Under the pieces are notes generated by a model. The model did no database searches, was not told where the DNA came from, and saw only the letters and a list, made by a program, of their open reading frames with translations. DNA of 64,000 nucleotides, taken from contig NIVC01000462.1 of assembly GCA_002269645.1 (NCBI GenBank), positions 463,516 through 527,515 on the forward strand, written 5' to 3'. Positions 11,218-25,934 of this stretch are shown here, piece by piece (within the stretch, counting starts at the first letter, position 1; every line of letters starts with the position of its first letter). The DNA comes from Macrostomum lignano (lineage: Eukaryota). Both the position numbers and the translations under genes were made by a program.

Positions 11218-14200
11218 TGAGGGTTGCTGAAATTGTAATAATAAGACCCATTGCATATACTTGGATTAATTATGTTTTAGACTATCTATTTTCACAATAT
11301 GATGGGGCTTAATGCCTTTGAATACTGTCTTTTTTGCATGAATTCTTTTGACCTATATCCTGAATCTGCTATATTATATATTGATTTCAACTATCAATAT
11401 AAATAAAAAAATGAATCCACGGTAGCCTAAAAAGGTGAAAAAAGGATTGTATATCAAAATGATCTCTAGCAGCACTTTTACACTCATATACATATGATAT
11501 AATATATTTTACATATGTAAAAAACAATGCATTATTACGTTTTTAAAACAAAATATAATTTTTAGAAAAAATTAATAGAAAACTATCTTGTTTGTTTATT
11601 TTATAATCAGTTATAAGTTGTGCTTTGTTTTCTACTATTACTATATTTCCTTATAATATTTGGTGATTGGTTGATCAATGTTGCAATATATTTGCCTTGG
11701 CTACCTTGTTGCCTAGCAAGACTAGCTAGGTTGGCTATGTATTATTAAACACAGAAAAAATAAACTATTAATATTTAAAAGGCATAATGAGAACATAATC
11801 TTAATCTTTGAAATCATAGGAAAAACTAGGATTTCAATATTGTCTAACTATAAATTTTTTTATCATATTTAACTTTTATATATGCTTATATTATAAACAT
11901 AATTTAATCTTATTCAATCTTAAAAGTTTTGACCATATCCAACTTTTAGTAATATTCCCTATTGCAGCCAATGGTTATTATTGTAGACAGCATCTAGTGC
12001 AAATTGGCCTTTAGTAAGATAACTGCAGTCTAGCGCACTAGTGCAATTTGGAATAAAAAAGGGGATGTCTATTTAGACCTAAGCTGCAATAGAGATAATA
12101 TTGGATATCATGAAAGTCATAAAAGGATAGTAGCATATAATTTAGTATATTGTGATTTATCCCAAGAATAAAAGTAAACTAATTAAAATACCTACTTTTT
12201 ATATATTATTGAGATATATGAAATTATTTGAAATTAAAAAGCTATATCTATTTATTAGTTCAAAATATACCGAAAAACATGTAACAAATATATAGATTTG
12301 CATTATTAAAATAAAAATACTAATGACAATAGTTGTAGATTGACAATATAAAAACAAAGAGCTTTTACAATTGGTAGGAGATACACTAGCAAATTCGAAG
12401 GAAAGAAAGACTTTAGTTAACTATGGCAAAACTATTAAACTTTAAAGCCTATATTCAACTTTGGCAAAAATGAGCAAATTTTGGTAACATGTTTAACTAA
12501 AAGGCAAACTAGGCCTATAATAAACAAACAAGAAAGCAAGAAAAAACATAAAACCATTATTGTTACTGCTTTAGAGATTGTGATCAATATTGTTATACAC
12601 ATTTTTTGTGCATAGTATGCATATCCTCTTAAATCTTGAAATTGTACCTTAAAATTCAAAAAGTAAATGCAGTTTAGGTGCAGTCTCATAAGCTATTTTT
12701 TCTTTGAAGCTTCATTTGCACTATAGTCTGGATCATGCTTGGTGCATATACCTGAACAAAAATTGAATAATTATAAATGCATACTTAAAAATTTAGTATA
12801 TGCTCACATTATGAAATCTATGTTAATATTGCAACAATAAATAATTTTTTGCCTTGCAACAATACCTTTTTAATATTATATAAAAATATTTTTTGGTAGA
12901 TAATTTGGTTGCTTTTATATCTTTCTTGCCTATACTATTTTTTGTAGATAATAGATATGCATTAAAATGTTTAAATGCTATATTATGAGCTTAAAAACAA
13001 AAAAAACTTGAAATTTATACCTAAAAATGAACTTTTGGAAATGATTTTTTTCATTTACAAGTAACATTAACTCTTCTACATGATTCTATCAAGAGCATAT
13101 TAGGTGTGCATGCATACTATACTATTTTCTTAGGAGTATTGCATGCCAACTGTATATACCAACTTTTTGGCATGTAAGGCCAGTGCATGCCCAAATTTTA
13201 GGGCATATATTATATGATCCAGAGTGTGGCATTTGCACTACCAAATAAGAAAAAAGAGAAATTGCACTTTAAGCCTTAAAATTGCACCTTGAAATTAGGC
13301 ATAGAGTGCAAGTTTGTATATTGTATTAGGTAGAAAATAACTTAAGTTATAAAAACATATAAAGGCATATCTATAATTGCAATAATAGGCTTAGGTTGGG
13401 TTGATCATATGGCTAGACCTAGGGCAGGCCTATAACCTACTAATATGGACATGGAGCTTCCAAGATTTTCTTATTTAAGGCTAATCAAATAGAGGCACTT
13501 ATAATTAATAATTATATTAGAATAAAAAACTAGGCTTAAAAAGCAGAAATTTTTTGTTAGGGTCTATTGTTTATTGGGTATATGAGTAAGACTGCCATAG
13601 CTATAGTATTACTGGCTACTGTGTATTGGTCATGAATGGGAAACTACCAATCTTCTATCAAACATTGCTATTCCTCTTATAGGTTCCTCTCTTGCAGCCT
13701 TGTCTTACTGACTCTCCTATCTACTCATCTCTTCTTTAGCACCATTTAATAACACATTGAGCCAAATCCTTCCCCTAGCTCCTCAAGTGTGGCAGCCTTT
13801 GTATGTGATGGTCTTGGTCCAACACCATTTTTTGCTATGAAAAATTAGGCCTACCTACTACGATTTGATATTCATTATTTAATTTATTTAAATTTTAAGA
13901 CTAAATATGTACATACTTATTACTTAGCATATTCAAATTTCAAATACTAGAATCTAAATAATTGGAGTAAATACATAGAAAATCGACTTAGACAGGGCTT
14001 ACTTATGTTATATCTATTCTATCTATTATCAATCAATACCATCATCAATGATATTGAACATAAAAGCCAGAGCTTCGGTTTGGTACTACTAGAACATGAA
14101 TAATTTCATAAAAATGTTGTTCAAAAGTCTGAATTAATTTATGAAACAAAATGGTGACACCATGCACACACACGCACTTGAGTCCTGCCAAAATCGGGTA

Positions 14201-17200
14201 GGCTTATCTGGTGTATCCTGCCATAGCGGCTAGGCCTATACATTACGTACCCTTTGTCGTCGTTAAAATTACCGAAACTGTTATGTTTAAAAAATCTAAC
14301 AGCAATTTAAACAAATTATAATTTTTAAGTTGCCGAAACTGTAAGATTTTTTTTATATTTTACCGTTTTTGTTCTAACAAACAACAAAAAAAGCAATATT
14401 AATGTTAAGTTTTGTCACCTAGAATAGGTATTGTATTTAAGCAATACATTTTCATAGAACTACTCACAAACCGGTTTAAACAAGAAATCCTCGTTAGAAA
14501 TAACTTTTTTCGTCAGCATTGGCTAGGCCTAACTATATTGTTAGGCACCCGGCCTGTTATAGCCTACGCGTGCCTGTGTACAGTGTGTACCGATTTATAT
14601 GATTTTTACACTAAAAACGTTTTTTTATTTACTTAATTACTCATTTAATAGTTGCCTTTCCTCCAGCTGCAGGCTCCAGTAGACTTAGTGCAGTATATTC
14701 ACATAATTCACTGTATACATCGTAAACAAGCATGATATTGATAAGAAAAAAGTATTTAAAAACAGACATAAATTGTATTTTTAATTTCACATGATTTCTT
14801 TGTTTAGAATATTCAGAATTTTTAATTCTAGTAAACTGCCATCATCCTAAAACATAATCTTAAAGATAAAAAATAGGCTAGAATAGATACATTAGCAAAG
14901 AAAAACCTATAGGGTTTCTAGATTTCCTTACATGATATGAGAGGAAAACTGGGTCTAGTCTACTTGCAGTGGGGAACCAATCAAAAAGGTGATAGTTTAA
15001 AGGGCAATAGTCAAAAGGCTCATTCCATATAAGATGGACATATTTGGAAAATAGAAAAAAGTCAATATTTTTGCTTGCCATTGCCTAATTAGCCTATTTT
15101 TTTACCAAATGTTTATATTGTGCAATATATACAATCTAAGAATAAAGGAATGGTAAAATGTTGGATTAGTATGTTATCAATTGGCAAAAAGTCATTTTTG
15201 TAAAAATTTGGACATTTTTCAAAGCAAAAGACATCATTAAGATTTTGTACCTTTTAAAAACAAATAGAAAGCTTTTGAAGGTTGAAACAAACTATAGATA
15301 AAAGTATAGTACTTGCATCATCAGATAAAAGCATTGGTGACCAAATAATCTATTATATTTTTAATGTATTAGTACCTCAAAGTTACTGAATTGACAGAAA
15401 AAAATATGTTACGACCATAATGTTACAACCATAAGGCTGCCTTTTCTTTTGTATCTTTGTTGCCTTTTGAGTTTATATATTCTAATAAAAGAGTATGATT
15501 TCTAAAGATGTTGTTAGTCAAATTTAAAAAAATGTATTGCAAAATATCAAAAATGAAAAATGTTATAAGACTTTTACCTTTTAGTTTCTATATGTCAAAA
15601 ATCCTGTCGTTACGACCATAAGTGTCATTTAAGGTTTAATAGCATCTATACTAATGATGATATCTATATGAAACTCTATAAATATATTCTAGACAAAATA
15701 ATCTTTCATTTAAAATATTGGTTTAGTATATTCTATTATTAGATTTCATTTTATAAGTAAAAATAACCTGTCATGTTACGACCATGCTTATATGGAATGA
15801 GCCAAAAGGGTAACAATCATAACAATTACAAGTCCACGGCACATGTATTAGAATGTCTAAATGTATATTTGTTAAAATGAATTTTGTTAAAAATGTACAA
15901 CACAAGTAGTTAAAATGTATATCTTAGATTTTTATAATTGGATGTATTGGCATACATATGGCATTCCATAACTATATACATATATACTAATCCACCAAGG
16001 ACTAGGCCGTAGGCCCTACTCAGGTATCAATATTGAAACACAGGAAACTCCATTTCTTAGAAAATTTTATAAAGCAGTTTCCAAAAAATGTATAGTGGAC
16101 ATAGCATGTTTTCATTTTTAGCATAGAAAGTTATTATTTAATTGCTTTTAGTCTAGACTCAATAAGTCAATGTTCATCCCATAGTCAGCCTTAGGAAGAT
16201 GGCATTTTACTTGGAAAATTCCAGCGTACACAAGGAAATTTTGGGCCAATTTTGGCATACATGGCGTACCACGGTTTAGAGAAAGTACCCCATGGCATGC
16301 AATGGCGTGCCACTACACACAATTGTACGCTGCACCAACATGGGCATAGGGCCCTGCCTACCTACAATATCTTAAATCCTGATGTGTAAAATTTATTTTA
16401 AAAAAACTGTTTTTTAAAACTGAAAAGGAAAGAAAAATGTTTTTTCTGATGCTAATTTTCTTTTGTTAAAGTCATTGAAATTTCAACATAAATGAAAACT
16501 TTGTTAAAGTTTGACTTTTATAGAGATGTTCCAAAATTTTAATTTCAATTTCAATTTTCCAAAATTTTGATTTTTTTAGAGCAAATTTCAATTTCAAAAA
16601 ATGAGCAGTAAATCAAAAGTTGAAAAGTGAGTATTCGTTGTACTAAACTTTGTTTTTTCTGAATTTTGATTTTGGAAAATTTTGATTTCAAATTTGATTT
16701 TGGATAATAGCAAATTTCAATTTCAATTTCTAATCCTTCACGTGCATTGCTACCTCCCCCTCCCCTCCCCATTGGCAGCGTACTACTGGACATACATGCA
16801 CAACCTCCAAAATCCAGTAACAGTTGGCCATGCGACTTAGTTTTAACAAACAATGTGATGTAGTTTTTGGCAAAAAAATCAACTTACATGTAAAAAAAAC
16901 TGAAGCAAAATTAACGCAACTTTGGGTAAATGGCAGGAGTAACTATGACTGTCTTATTAGGTCAAAATGCCTCATCAACTACTTAGTACTACTACTTTGG
17001 TATTTTTGGGTGGGCATTTTTGCAACTTCCTTGATTGGCTGCCAAATTGGTCGGCCGGATTGGCTGACTTGGCCGACTGTTGTGCATGTATGCCACTAGG
17101 TTCCGATCTTGGCATACATGGCATACCACTTTTTTATTCCAGAATAAAAAATGTGCCATGAACCTGACTATGGTGTTCATCTTTTGATAGGTTCTACCTT

Positions 17201-20200
17201 TCTTATAGTTATAGGTCTATTTATATTCATAAAGCTTTTCAGTAGGTAGCAAGGAATCATAAAATAGATTGCAAATTCATACTACTATTACTTGTAAATT
17301 TTAAAAGTTAACAAATATGCATCTATAATATATATAAGTCTAAACCTAGTTTTAACTAAGCTGGCTAGGCCCTATTCATTTATTTTAATAAATATATTTT
17401 AAGAACATTGAACTCTAATGTGAACTTGTAATTGTAATAAATACATTATGATTATTGTCCTTTTGACTGCTGCTCTTTTGATTATTACCTTTTTGATCTA
17501 TTGCCCATTTGACCTATAGGCTATAGCCCTTTCAGTGCAGCTAGGAAAAAAGAGACCTGAAAGTTTAATAGGGTCTAGTTTTTCATTGAATAAAATAGGG
17601 AATACAAAATTTCAAGTTTGTCAATCCTAGTATTCTTGGGATTGGGATATCTTGGACTTTGCAAATCCTAAAGGCTAAGATCTTGGCAAATTAGGTCAGC
17701 ATCCCAGGATTAAAAAAATTTCTTATAATTGTTGGTGCAATTTTGATTTACAAGGCCAACTAATCTGATTCTAAAGGGCTTTAATAATAAAATACATGTA
17801 ATAATAGATTAGAGTAAAATATTTTGCAAACAAAAAACTGACTGTGAGCTTTAGATTAGAATGTGGTACATAGGCTCGTGTAATAGACATACTTTTTTAC
17901 ATGCCAGTATCATTATTAGCTCAGAAAAATCCCAATTCATTGTGATATAACCTAGGCCCTAGGGGATAATAGCTTACAAAGCTATGGCCCAAGAAATCAA
18001 TACCAGGATAGAAGGGGATCAGATTCAGACCTTGCCCTCAAATAGAAAATTGATAGCTATGGTTGTAGTCTGATAGCAAGGTCCCACTGTTCTAATCCCA
18101 ATTGTATATATATCCAATGAGTTTTAAAGATAGATACTCATGTTTAAAATAATTCTATCATTACCCCTATGCTGCATGCTAGGGCAACTGGGCATCTAAA
18201 GGGTGTTCGAACAGTGCTAAGAATGAGATCTTTTGCATATAGGGGCTTTTGATCTATGTAAGGTTGAGACCTTTTGATTTTAGCATTGCTGATAGCAGAT
18301 GCACAGCCAATGGCACATGCACAGCCGATGGCAGAAGTGTGTGCAGCGCAGTGGTGACTATGTGGAGAAGCCTCAGGACAATGTTGATAATTAACTTTTG
18401 ACTGTTCTTTCATCAACTTTAATGTTGCCTGGGTTTTTTTCGTCCATAACTTGGGCACAATTTTGCACCCTGTGCTAGATTTCAAGGTGCAATTTTCAAG
18501 ACCAGGATGCGCTACACTGCTACAGACAAAAACTGGTCTAATACTAATGTGTTTCAAAGTTTCTGTCCATCCAAACCATCCAATGATGATCCAAATTCCA
18601 AATGCTTAACTTAATTATTTGATCTCCTTATAATTCTCCCCTCAGCCTTAGCTCAGCAGCTCAGCTCACTTAGCTGTCAGCTCAATAGCAATTAGAAATG
18701 CAGCATTGCACTAATCTGGTCTGGTGTCTTGTGACCTTACCTTCATCTTGTCCAGGTCTAGTTGACTGGCTAACTCTAAGAATACAAAGTTACAGACTTA
18801 AGACATCCATAACATTAAATTGTAAAATCTGCATCACATCCTTGCAAAAAATTCTGGTGTGCTTTTCACACCTTGAGTCAAATTTCAGGGTGCAATTTTT
18901 AAGACTAGGATGCTATTTGCACCCATTCGCACAAAAAACCCAGCATGTTGCAGATGTTTTATTGATTCATTTAAATGTTTCATTGTTTTGTACATCAGGT
19001 ACAAAGCTTTTGTATATGGCAATTTATAGAAGTAGCACAGGGGTTGGGGCAAAAAAGTGCTCAGATTTCAAGAATGCCAGCAGATACAGAAATAAATAGA
19101 AAGTCATTTTAATGGGCAGATGATTCTCTTATTAGCTGCTACAAAAAATATTTCTGATTGGTCAGAAAAGGCTATAATGAAGAAAGTGCACCAACTTTTG
19201 GGACACCCCTTGTATTTTGTTAAACTAGCATATTTCTTTAATTTTGAAAAATATGTTTTTTAGTTGTGAGGTGGGGGCAGGTTAGATTTCTTGGTTGTGG
19301 GTGGGATCATCTGGTGTTTGCTTGATTTAATGTCGAGTATGAGTGGTTCAGGCCTTCAAATCAGCACCGTTGTTAATTTGCACAGATTAAATCCAGAAAA
19401 TTTGTGTTAACAAATCCCAATTGAAATGTCTTATAGATACTCCGACTGCTGGGGTCCTCAATCCCAGGGGAGGGTAGTTTAGTCGTAGCTGAGCAGTCTT
19501 TGTTGGCACAAGTGTTCAGAATGTGGCCTCAGACCAAAAGCTTAACATATCTCATATGCTTGACCTGTTACTAACAGTAGAGTAGTGCTGCCACCACCAT
19601 AATTTGCATATTACGGAATGTTGAAGTCTCAGAGCTTGCTTCAAGATGAGACTGGGTTATTTCAGTTGAGACTGGGCTTCAGATTATTTAACAAAATTAG
19701 TGGCAGATTAACTGTTTTATTAGAGCTTATGAGCAGTAAGATAATAATTTGCTCAGTCAGCAGAATAGATTGGTGATCATGCGAAATTAGCTAAGAGTAT
19801 TAAAATAATAGATGTTGACCAAGCCTACTCTGGCAGATTGATTCGGCTGGTGCTGCAGTGCACTACAATATAGCTAAATGAACTAAGGAAATAAACACTT
19901 GTTGTAATAAATTGGGCGGAATTAAATATTAATAGTTAAATTGAATGGGGTCAAACACTGGGGGCAAAAGGTGGTCACGGGGACCAAGCAAAGAACAGAA
20001 ACCTTAACACGGAAAACATAGGGAGTCAAACAAAGTTACCAAAAAGGGACGCAAAAGGCCAGAGAAAGGTGTGGGAAAACCATCAAAAGAATGGGGAAAA
20101 ATGACAAAATATACCATCAACTGGGAACACAGGGTGGACACACAGGGCCAAAAACTGGGGGCAGCAGAGAATGGTCACGGGGTGGTTTAATCAGCCTCAA

Positions 20201-20886
20201 AAAATAATTTTAAATTTCAAAATTTAGAGAAAAGGTTTCATTAACTGTTTGTGGCAGCCCCAACTGCCATAGTTGCATTTGCTATATGCCTATAACTATA
20301 TTATATATAAGGCTACGTTTAGAATATGTGCTAAGAAGACTTAGTTAAGTAACAATGATGGCCAACAACAATGGTACATATAGTTTTGATCAAAAGAAAA
20401 AAATGTGACAATATCTGTTTGTTATAGCTCTAAACAAATAAGTTTCATCCATATTTCAGTTTATAATCCCCCTATAATTTTCCATTTTAGTGATCATGAC
20501 TTGTTCAAAATAAACAAAAAATGGTAAATTAGACTTTTTTGTTTTACTAGAAAAACTAAATGGAATGGCTAACCTATAGTTTCTCCCATGGCATCTGGCA
20601 ATGACAAAGATCCTATGAATCAATTATTTACAAATTAAGGATTCATCAATAAATCATCATGTGTGTCTTAATTTAAATATCAGATTTTTTAATAACTATT
20701 TTGTTACAATAAATTGGCATTCAATGTAAAATTAATAGATTAATAGATTAATATTTTTTCAGGCTAAGGCATGCCCAAGCTATTGTCTGAGACTAAAAGT
20801 AAGCTAATTTTATTTAAATAGAAAATGAACTGCTTTTTGGCTAAGCAGTGTTAAAAATTGTGGAAAAGCTGGATCTCAAAAACAAA

Positions 20887-23800
20887 ATGTCATTGGATTT
20901 CTACAATATCAGTGTTCGCTATGCACTGTCTTGCTGTGCTGCAGCAATTGCTGAAACAGGTTGGTGCATCTTTTTAACTACTTCTTTTACTTGATTTTCC
21001 AATTTTTTGCTGACATTTAGAAAGTTTAGTGTTTCATTCTCATTGATATTTGATGGGTAGTTCACTGAAATTCAATAGGGTAGTTTATTGATATTTGATA
21101 GAGTAGTTCGCTGAAATTCAATGGGATAGTTCACTGAAATTCAATGGGATAGTTCACTGAAATTCAATGGGATAGTTCACTGAAATTAAATGGGGTAGTT
21201 CACTGAAATTCAATGGAGTAGTTCACTGAAATTCAATGGGATAGTTCACTGAAATCCAATGGGATAGTTCACTGAAATTAAATGGGGTAGTTCACTGAAA
21301 TCCTATTGGATAGTTCACTGAAATTCAATGGGATAGTTCACTGAAATCCAATAGGATAGTTCACTGAAATTAAATGGGGTAGTTCACTGAAATTCAATGG
21401 AGTAAGTTCACTGAAATTCAATGGGATAGTTCACTGAAATCCAATTGGATAGTTCACTGAAATTCAATGGGGTAGTTCACTGAAATTCAATGGGATAGTT
21501 CACTGAAATCCAATAGGATAGTTCACTGAAATTAAATGGGGTAGTTCACTGAAATCCAATGGGATAGTTCACTGAAATTAAATGGGGTAGTTCACTGAAA
21601 TCCTATTGGATAGTTCACTGAAATTCAATGGGATAGTTCACTGAAATCCAATAGGATAGTTCACTGAAATTAAATGGGGTAGTTCACTGAAATTCAATGG
21701 AGTAAGTTCACTGAAATTCAATGGGATAGTTCACTGAAATCCAATTGGATAGTTCACTGAAATTCAATGGGGTAGTTCACTGAAATTCAATGGGATAGTT
21801 CACTGAAATCCAATAGGATAGTTCACTGAAATTAAATGGGGTAGTTCACTGAAATTCAATGGAGTAGTTCACTGAAATTCAATGGGATAGTTCACTGAAA
21901 TCCAATGGGATAGTTCACTGAAATTAAATGGGGTAGTTCACTGAAATCCTATTGGATAGTTCACTGAAATTCAATGGGATAGTTCACTGAAATCCAATAG
22001 GATAGTTCACTGAAATTAAATGGGGTAGTTCACTGAAATTCAATGGAGTAAGTTCACTGAAATTCAATGGGATAGTTCACTGAAATCCAATGGGATAGTT
22101 CACTGAAATTCAATGGGTAGTTCACTGAAATTCAATGGGGTAGTTCACTGAAATTCAATAGGGTAGTTCACTGAAATTTATTAGGGTAGTTCACTGAAAT
22201 TCAATGGGGTAGTTCACTGAAATTCAATGGGGTAGTTCACTGAAATCCAATGGGATAGTTCACTGATATCCAATGGGATAGTTCACTTAAATTCAATAGG
22301 CTAGTTCACTAGAAACCCAAGCCTAGTAAGTATCCATCCGCACTCTACTCAATCTGCCCATCAGCCACCTACCCGCTGGACCTGACGAAGACTCGGCTGC
22401 AGATCACCAACGAGCAACTGCTAGCAGGCAGTGGCTCCGGCAAGACTACGGGAGCGTCTCCATTGATGGCCTCGTCTGCTGGTCAGAAGCGGGTTGGCAT
22501 GCTGCGTACAGCATATAATATTGCCACAGAGGAGGGTGAGTCTCAGAGATATGATGTGTCATAAATTTTACGTCTCTTAACAGTATTTCATTTATTTATT
22601 TATGATGTGTGACTGACTGAAACTTCTATATGAATATCATGATTTATGAATATCGTGATTTATGAGTATCAAAATTTATGACTATCATGATTTATGACTA
22701 TCATGATTTATGACTATCATGATTTATGAATGTCGTGATTTATGAATGTCTCGATTTATGAATATCATGATTTATGACTCATGATTTATGAATATCATGA
22801 TTTATGACTATTATGATTTGTGGGTGTCATGGCTTATGATTATCATGATTTATGAGTATCATGATTTATGAATGTCGTGATTTATGAATGTCGTGATTTA
22901 TGAATGTCGTGATTTATGAATATCATGATTTATGACTCATGATTTATGACTATCGTGATTTATAAATATAATGATTTTTGAGTATCATGATTTATGAGTA
23001 TCATGATTTATTAATATCGTGATTTATAAATATAATGATTTTTGAGTATCATGATTTATGAGTATCATGATTTATTAATATCGTGATTTATAAATATCAT
23101 GATTTATGAATATCATGATTTATGAGTATCATGATTTATTAATATCGTGATTTATAAATATCATGATTTATGAATATCATGATTTATGACTATTATGATT
23201 TGTGGGTGTCATGGCTTATGATTATCATGATTTATGACTATCATGATTTATGAATGTCGTGATTTATGACAATCATGCTCGCCCATCGCCCCGACAGGTC
23301 CCACCCAGCTGTTTCGCGGCTTGTGCCCGGCAGTGGCCCGCCACTTTGTGTACACCGGCTGTCGCACGGCGTTCTACGAGGCCACCAGGGAGAACGTGCT
23401 GGGCCGGGATCGGGACGGTCGCTACGCGGCTTGGAAATCCGCGGTTGGTGGCCTCGCTGCGGGCGGCCTGGCGCAGTTCTTTGCCTCGCCTGCGGATTTG
23501 GTCAAAGTTAGTGAGGGGGTGACGCTTTGTTTTGGCAGATCACTAGTGAGAAAATAACTCAGAAACCGGTCCTGGAGTCATGTTACAAATTCGTATCGCA
23601 CTTTTAGACACATCATGTAGAAGTTCAAATCAGTTTCCTAATCAGGAGCTGAATCTGGGCCGCCGGGATAAGAGCCTGGAATCAATTAAACAAAGAATCA
23701 AACAAAAAAAACATCAAAGAATCAATCCAACAAGCAAACAAGCAATCAATCAAACAATCAATCAATCAAACAAATAAACAACCGATGAAATAAACAAACA

Positions 23801-25712
23801 AAAAAATAAACAAACCATCAAACAAACAATCAATCAAACAAATAAATAAATAAACAATCAGTCGATCATCAATTAATTAATCAAACAAACAATCAATCAA
23901 TCAAGAAATCATTTAATCAAACAATCAATCAACCAAACAAACAATAAACAAACCATAAAACAAACAAACAATCAAACAAACAAATAAACAAACAAACCAT
24001 CAAAAAAACAATAAACAAACCATAAAACAAACAAACAATCAAAAAAGCAAATAAACAAACAAACCATAAAACAAACAAACAATCAAACAAATAAATAAAC
24101 AAACAAACCATCAAACAAACAAACAAACAATAAACAAAACATAAAACAAACAAACAATCAAAAAAACAAATAAACAAACAAACCATAAAACAAACAAACA
24201 ATCAAACAAATAAATAAACAAACAAACCATCAAACAAACAAACAAACAATAAACAAAACATAAAACAAACACACAATCAAACAAACAAATAAACAAACAA
24301 ACCATCAAACAAACTAACAATCAAACAATCAATCAAACAAACAAACCACCAAACAGTCAATCAAACGATCAATCAAACAATCGATCAAAAGAAACAAACA
24401 AACAAACAAACCATCAAACAATTGAACAATCAGGCAATCAGGTAATGAAGCAATTAATCAATTAATCCATTAAGTAAATATTCAATCAACGTATATTAGT
24501 ACTTTCCTATCAACCAAGCAATAAATCAATCCACCTATCGCACACAGATGAATGTTCACGAATCCCCCAATCCCTTTATAAACGCAGGTTGCCATGCAGA
24601 CTGAGGGCCGCAGGCGGTTGCTAGGCCAGCCGGCTCGCTACCACAGCGGCCGGGACGCTCTCAGGCAGCTGGTACGCAGCGGCGGCCTGCTTGGCCTGTG
24701 GAAGGGCTGGCTGCCAAACGTGCAGCGCGCCTGCCTGGTGAACATGGCCGACATGATGGCCTACGACCAGAGCAAGAGGGCCCTCCTGCGACACACTGGA
24801 ATGCCCGACTCCATGCTGCTGCACGCCTGCGCTTCTGTCTGCTCAGGTGAGCACAATTCTTAATCTCTGGTGATGAGGAGAGCAGAGCAGCTCAGCGGTA
24901 GTCCGTCACGACCCCTGGTTTGGTTCTGTGCAAAAACTCATTCGGCAGTTAGCTTGAAGTACTAATTAGATGACGAAGCATTTAGCCTAGGCATTTAGTA
25001 ATAGTTACTCCTGCCGTTTACCCATAAACATAGGTAAAAACACGCTTTTACTACCGAGGGGCTCTGCAACCAACTATAAATACCAAGCAATATTCTCATT
25101 TTCCCTGCTATATTTTTACTATCCTACAATTTCATCCCCGCAAATAGGTCTCCTGGCCGCTATCTTGGGCACCCCGGCCGATCTGGTGAAGACTCGCGTC
25201 ATGAATGACTCATCCGGTCACCTGTACCGGGGCAGTCTGGACTGCTTGGTGCAGACTGTCAAACACGAGGGATTCTTCGCTCTGTACAAGGGCTTCGTGC
25301 CAATCTGGATGCGAATGGTGAGAGTTTACGCTTATTTAATTTGCTTCAATCTTTGATCTTGTGGTTCCTTAATCCTAGTATTTGAAATTACAAAATAAAA
25401 GCGCGCACGTTCAGAGCTATTCTCAACTGGTCCTACGCCTATTATTTATCTAGCCCTTAAGAAAAACCGCAATCTAACATTTCCCTGAACTAAAACTACT
25501 TACAGTAGCATAATTCAGGGCTGTTCTAACTTTCTAACCTTATAACAGAAAGTCCCTAGCTAACATTTCCCTGAACTAAAACTACTTACAGTAGCATAAT
25601 TCAGGACTGTCCTAACTATCTAACTATCTAACTTCTTCAGGCGCCCTGGTCTCTGACTTTCTGGGTGTCCTATGAGGAGATACGCAGAATCACCGGTCTT
25701 TCATCGTTTTAA
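20887..25712 (+). CDS. UCP4: Mitochondrial uncoupling protein 4 (SLC25A27-like), 6 exons
   Basis: Exons 20887-20959, 22365-22535, 23298-23506, 24588-24846, 25148-25317 and 25641-25712, all GT-AG with consistent phases. Three carrier signatures are present (YPLDLTKTRLQ, SPADLVKVAMQ, TPADLVKTRVM), plus the UCP4-like WKGWLPNVQRACLVNMADM and C-terminal APWSLTFWVSYEEIRRITGLSSF. Confidence 0.93.
21058..22290. repeat. 23-bp minisatellite (GTTCACTGAAATTCAATGGGATA) in UCP4 intron 1
   Basis: Tandem units with recurring variant blocks. Confidence 0.95.
22628..23272. repeat. 16-bp minisatellite (TATCATGATTTATGAA) in UCP4 intron 2
   Basis: Directly visible. Confidence 0.9.
23690..24420. repeat. AAAC/AATC-based compound microsatellite in UCP4 intron 3
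   Basis: Directly visible. Confidence 0.9.
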
Positions 25713-25934
25713 TCGCACGACGCGTTGCGGGTTGCTATGGCGCTTGCAAGGCTTAACTGACCATTAAATTTGAATTGTTTCACTCTGTTGATATAAAAAT
25801 TGTGTTGCTTGTTAGGGTTGTCTTTATTCAGGTTCTGCTTTGCTATTTTTCTATATGTGTTTGTATGTGCGTTATTGTGCTATTTTTTGTTTTCTATTTT
25901 TGTATGGATCAATGTCAACTGCAAAGCTCCTCCC

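Noticed and set aside
11280-21000. RIP-like TpA enrichment
   Set aside because: The hand-counted TpA/ApT ratio (about 1.1) was similar in another AT-rich region. Only the CpG depletion is distinctive.
21058-22290. CRISPR-like array (units start GTTCACTG, like type I-F repeats)
   Set aside because: There are no unique spacers, only point variants of a 23-bp monomer. It lies in a spliceosomal intron and there are no cas genes.
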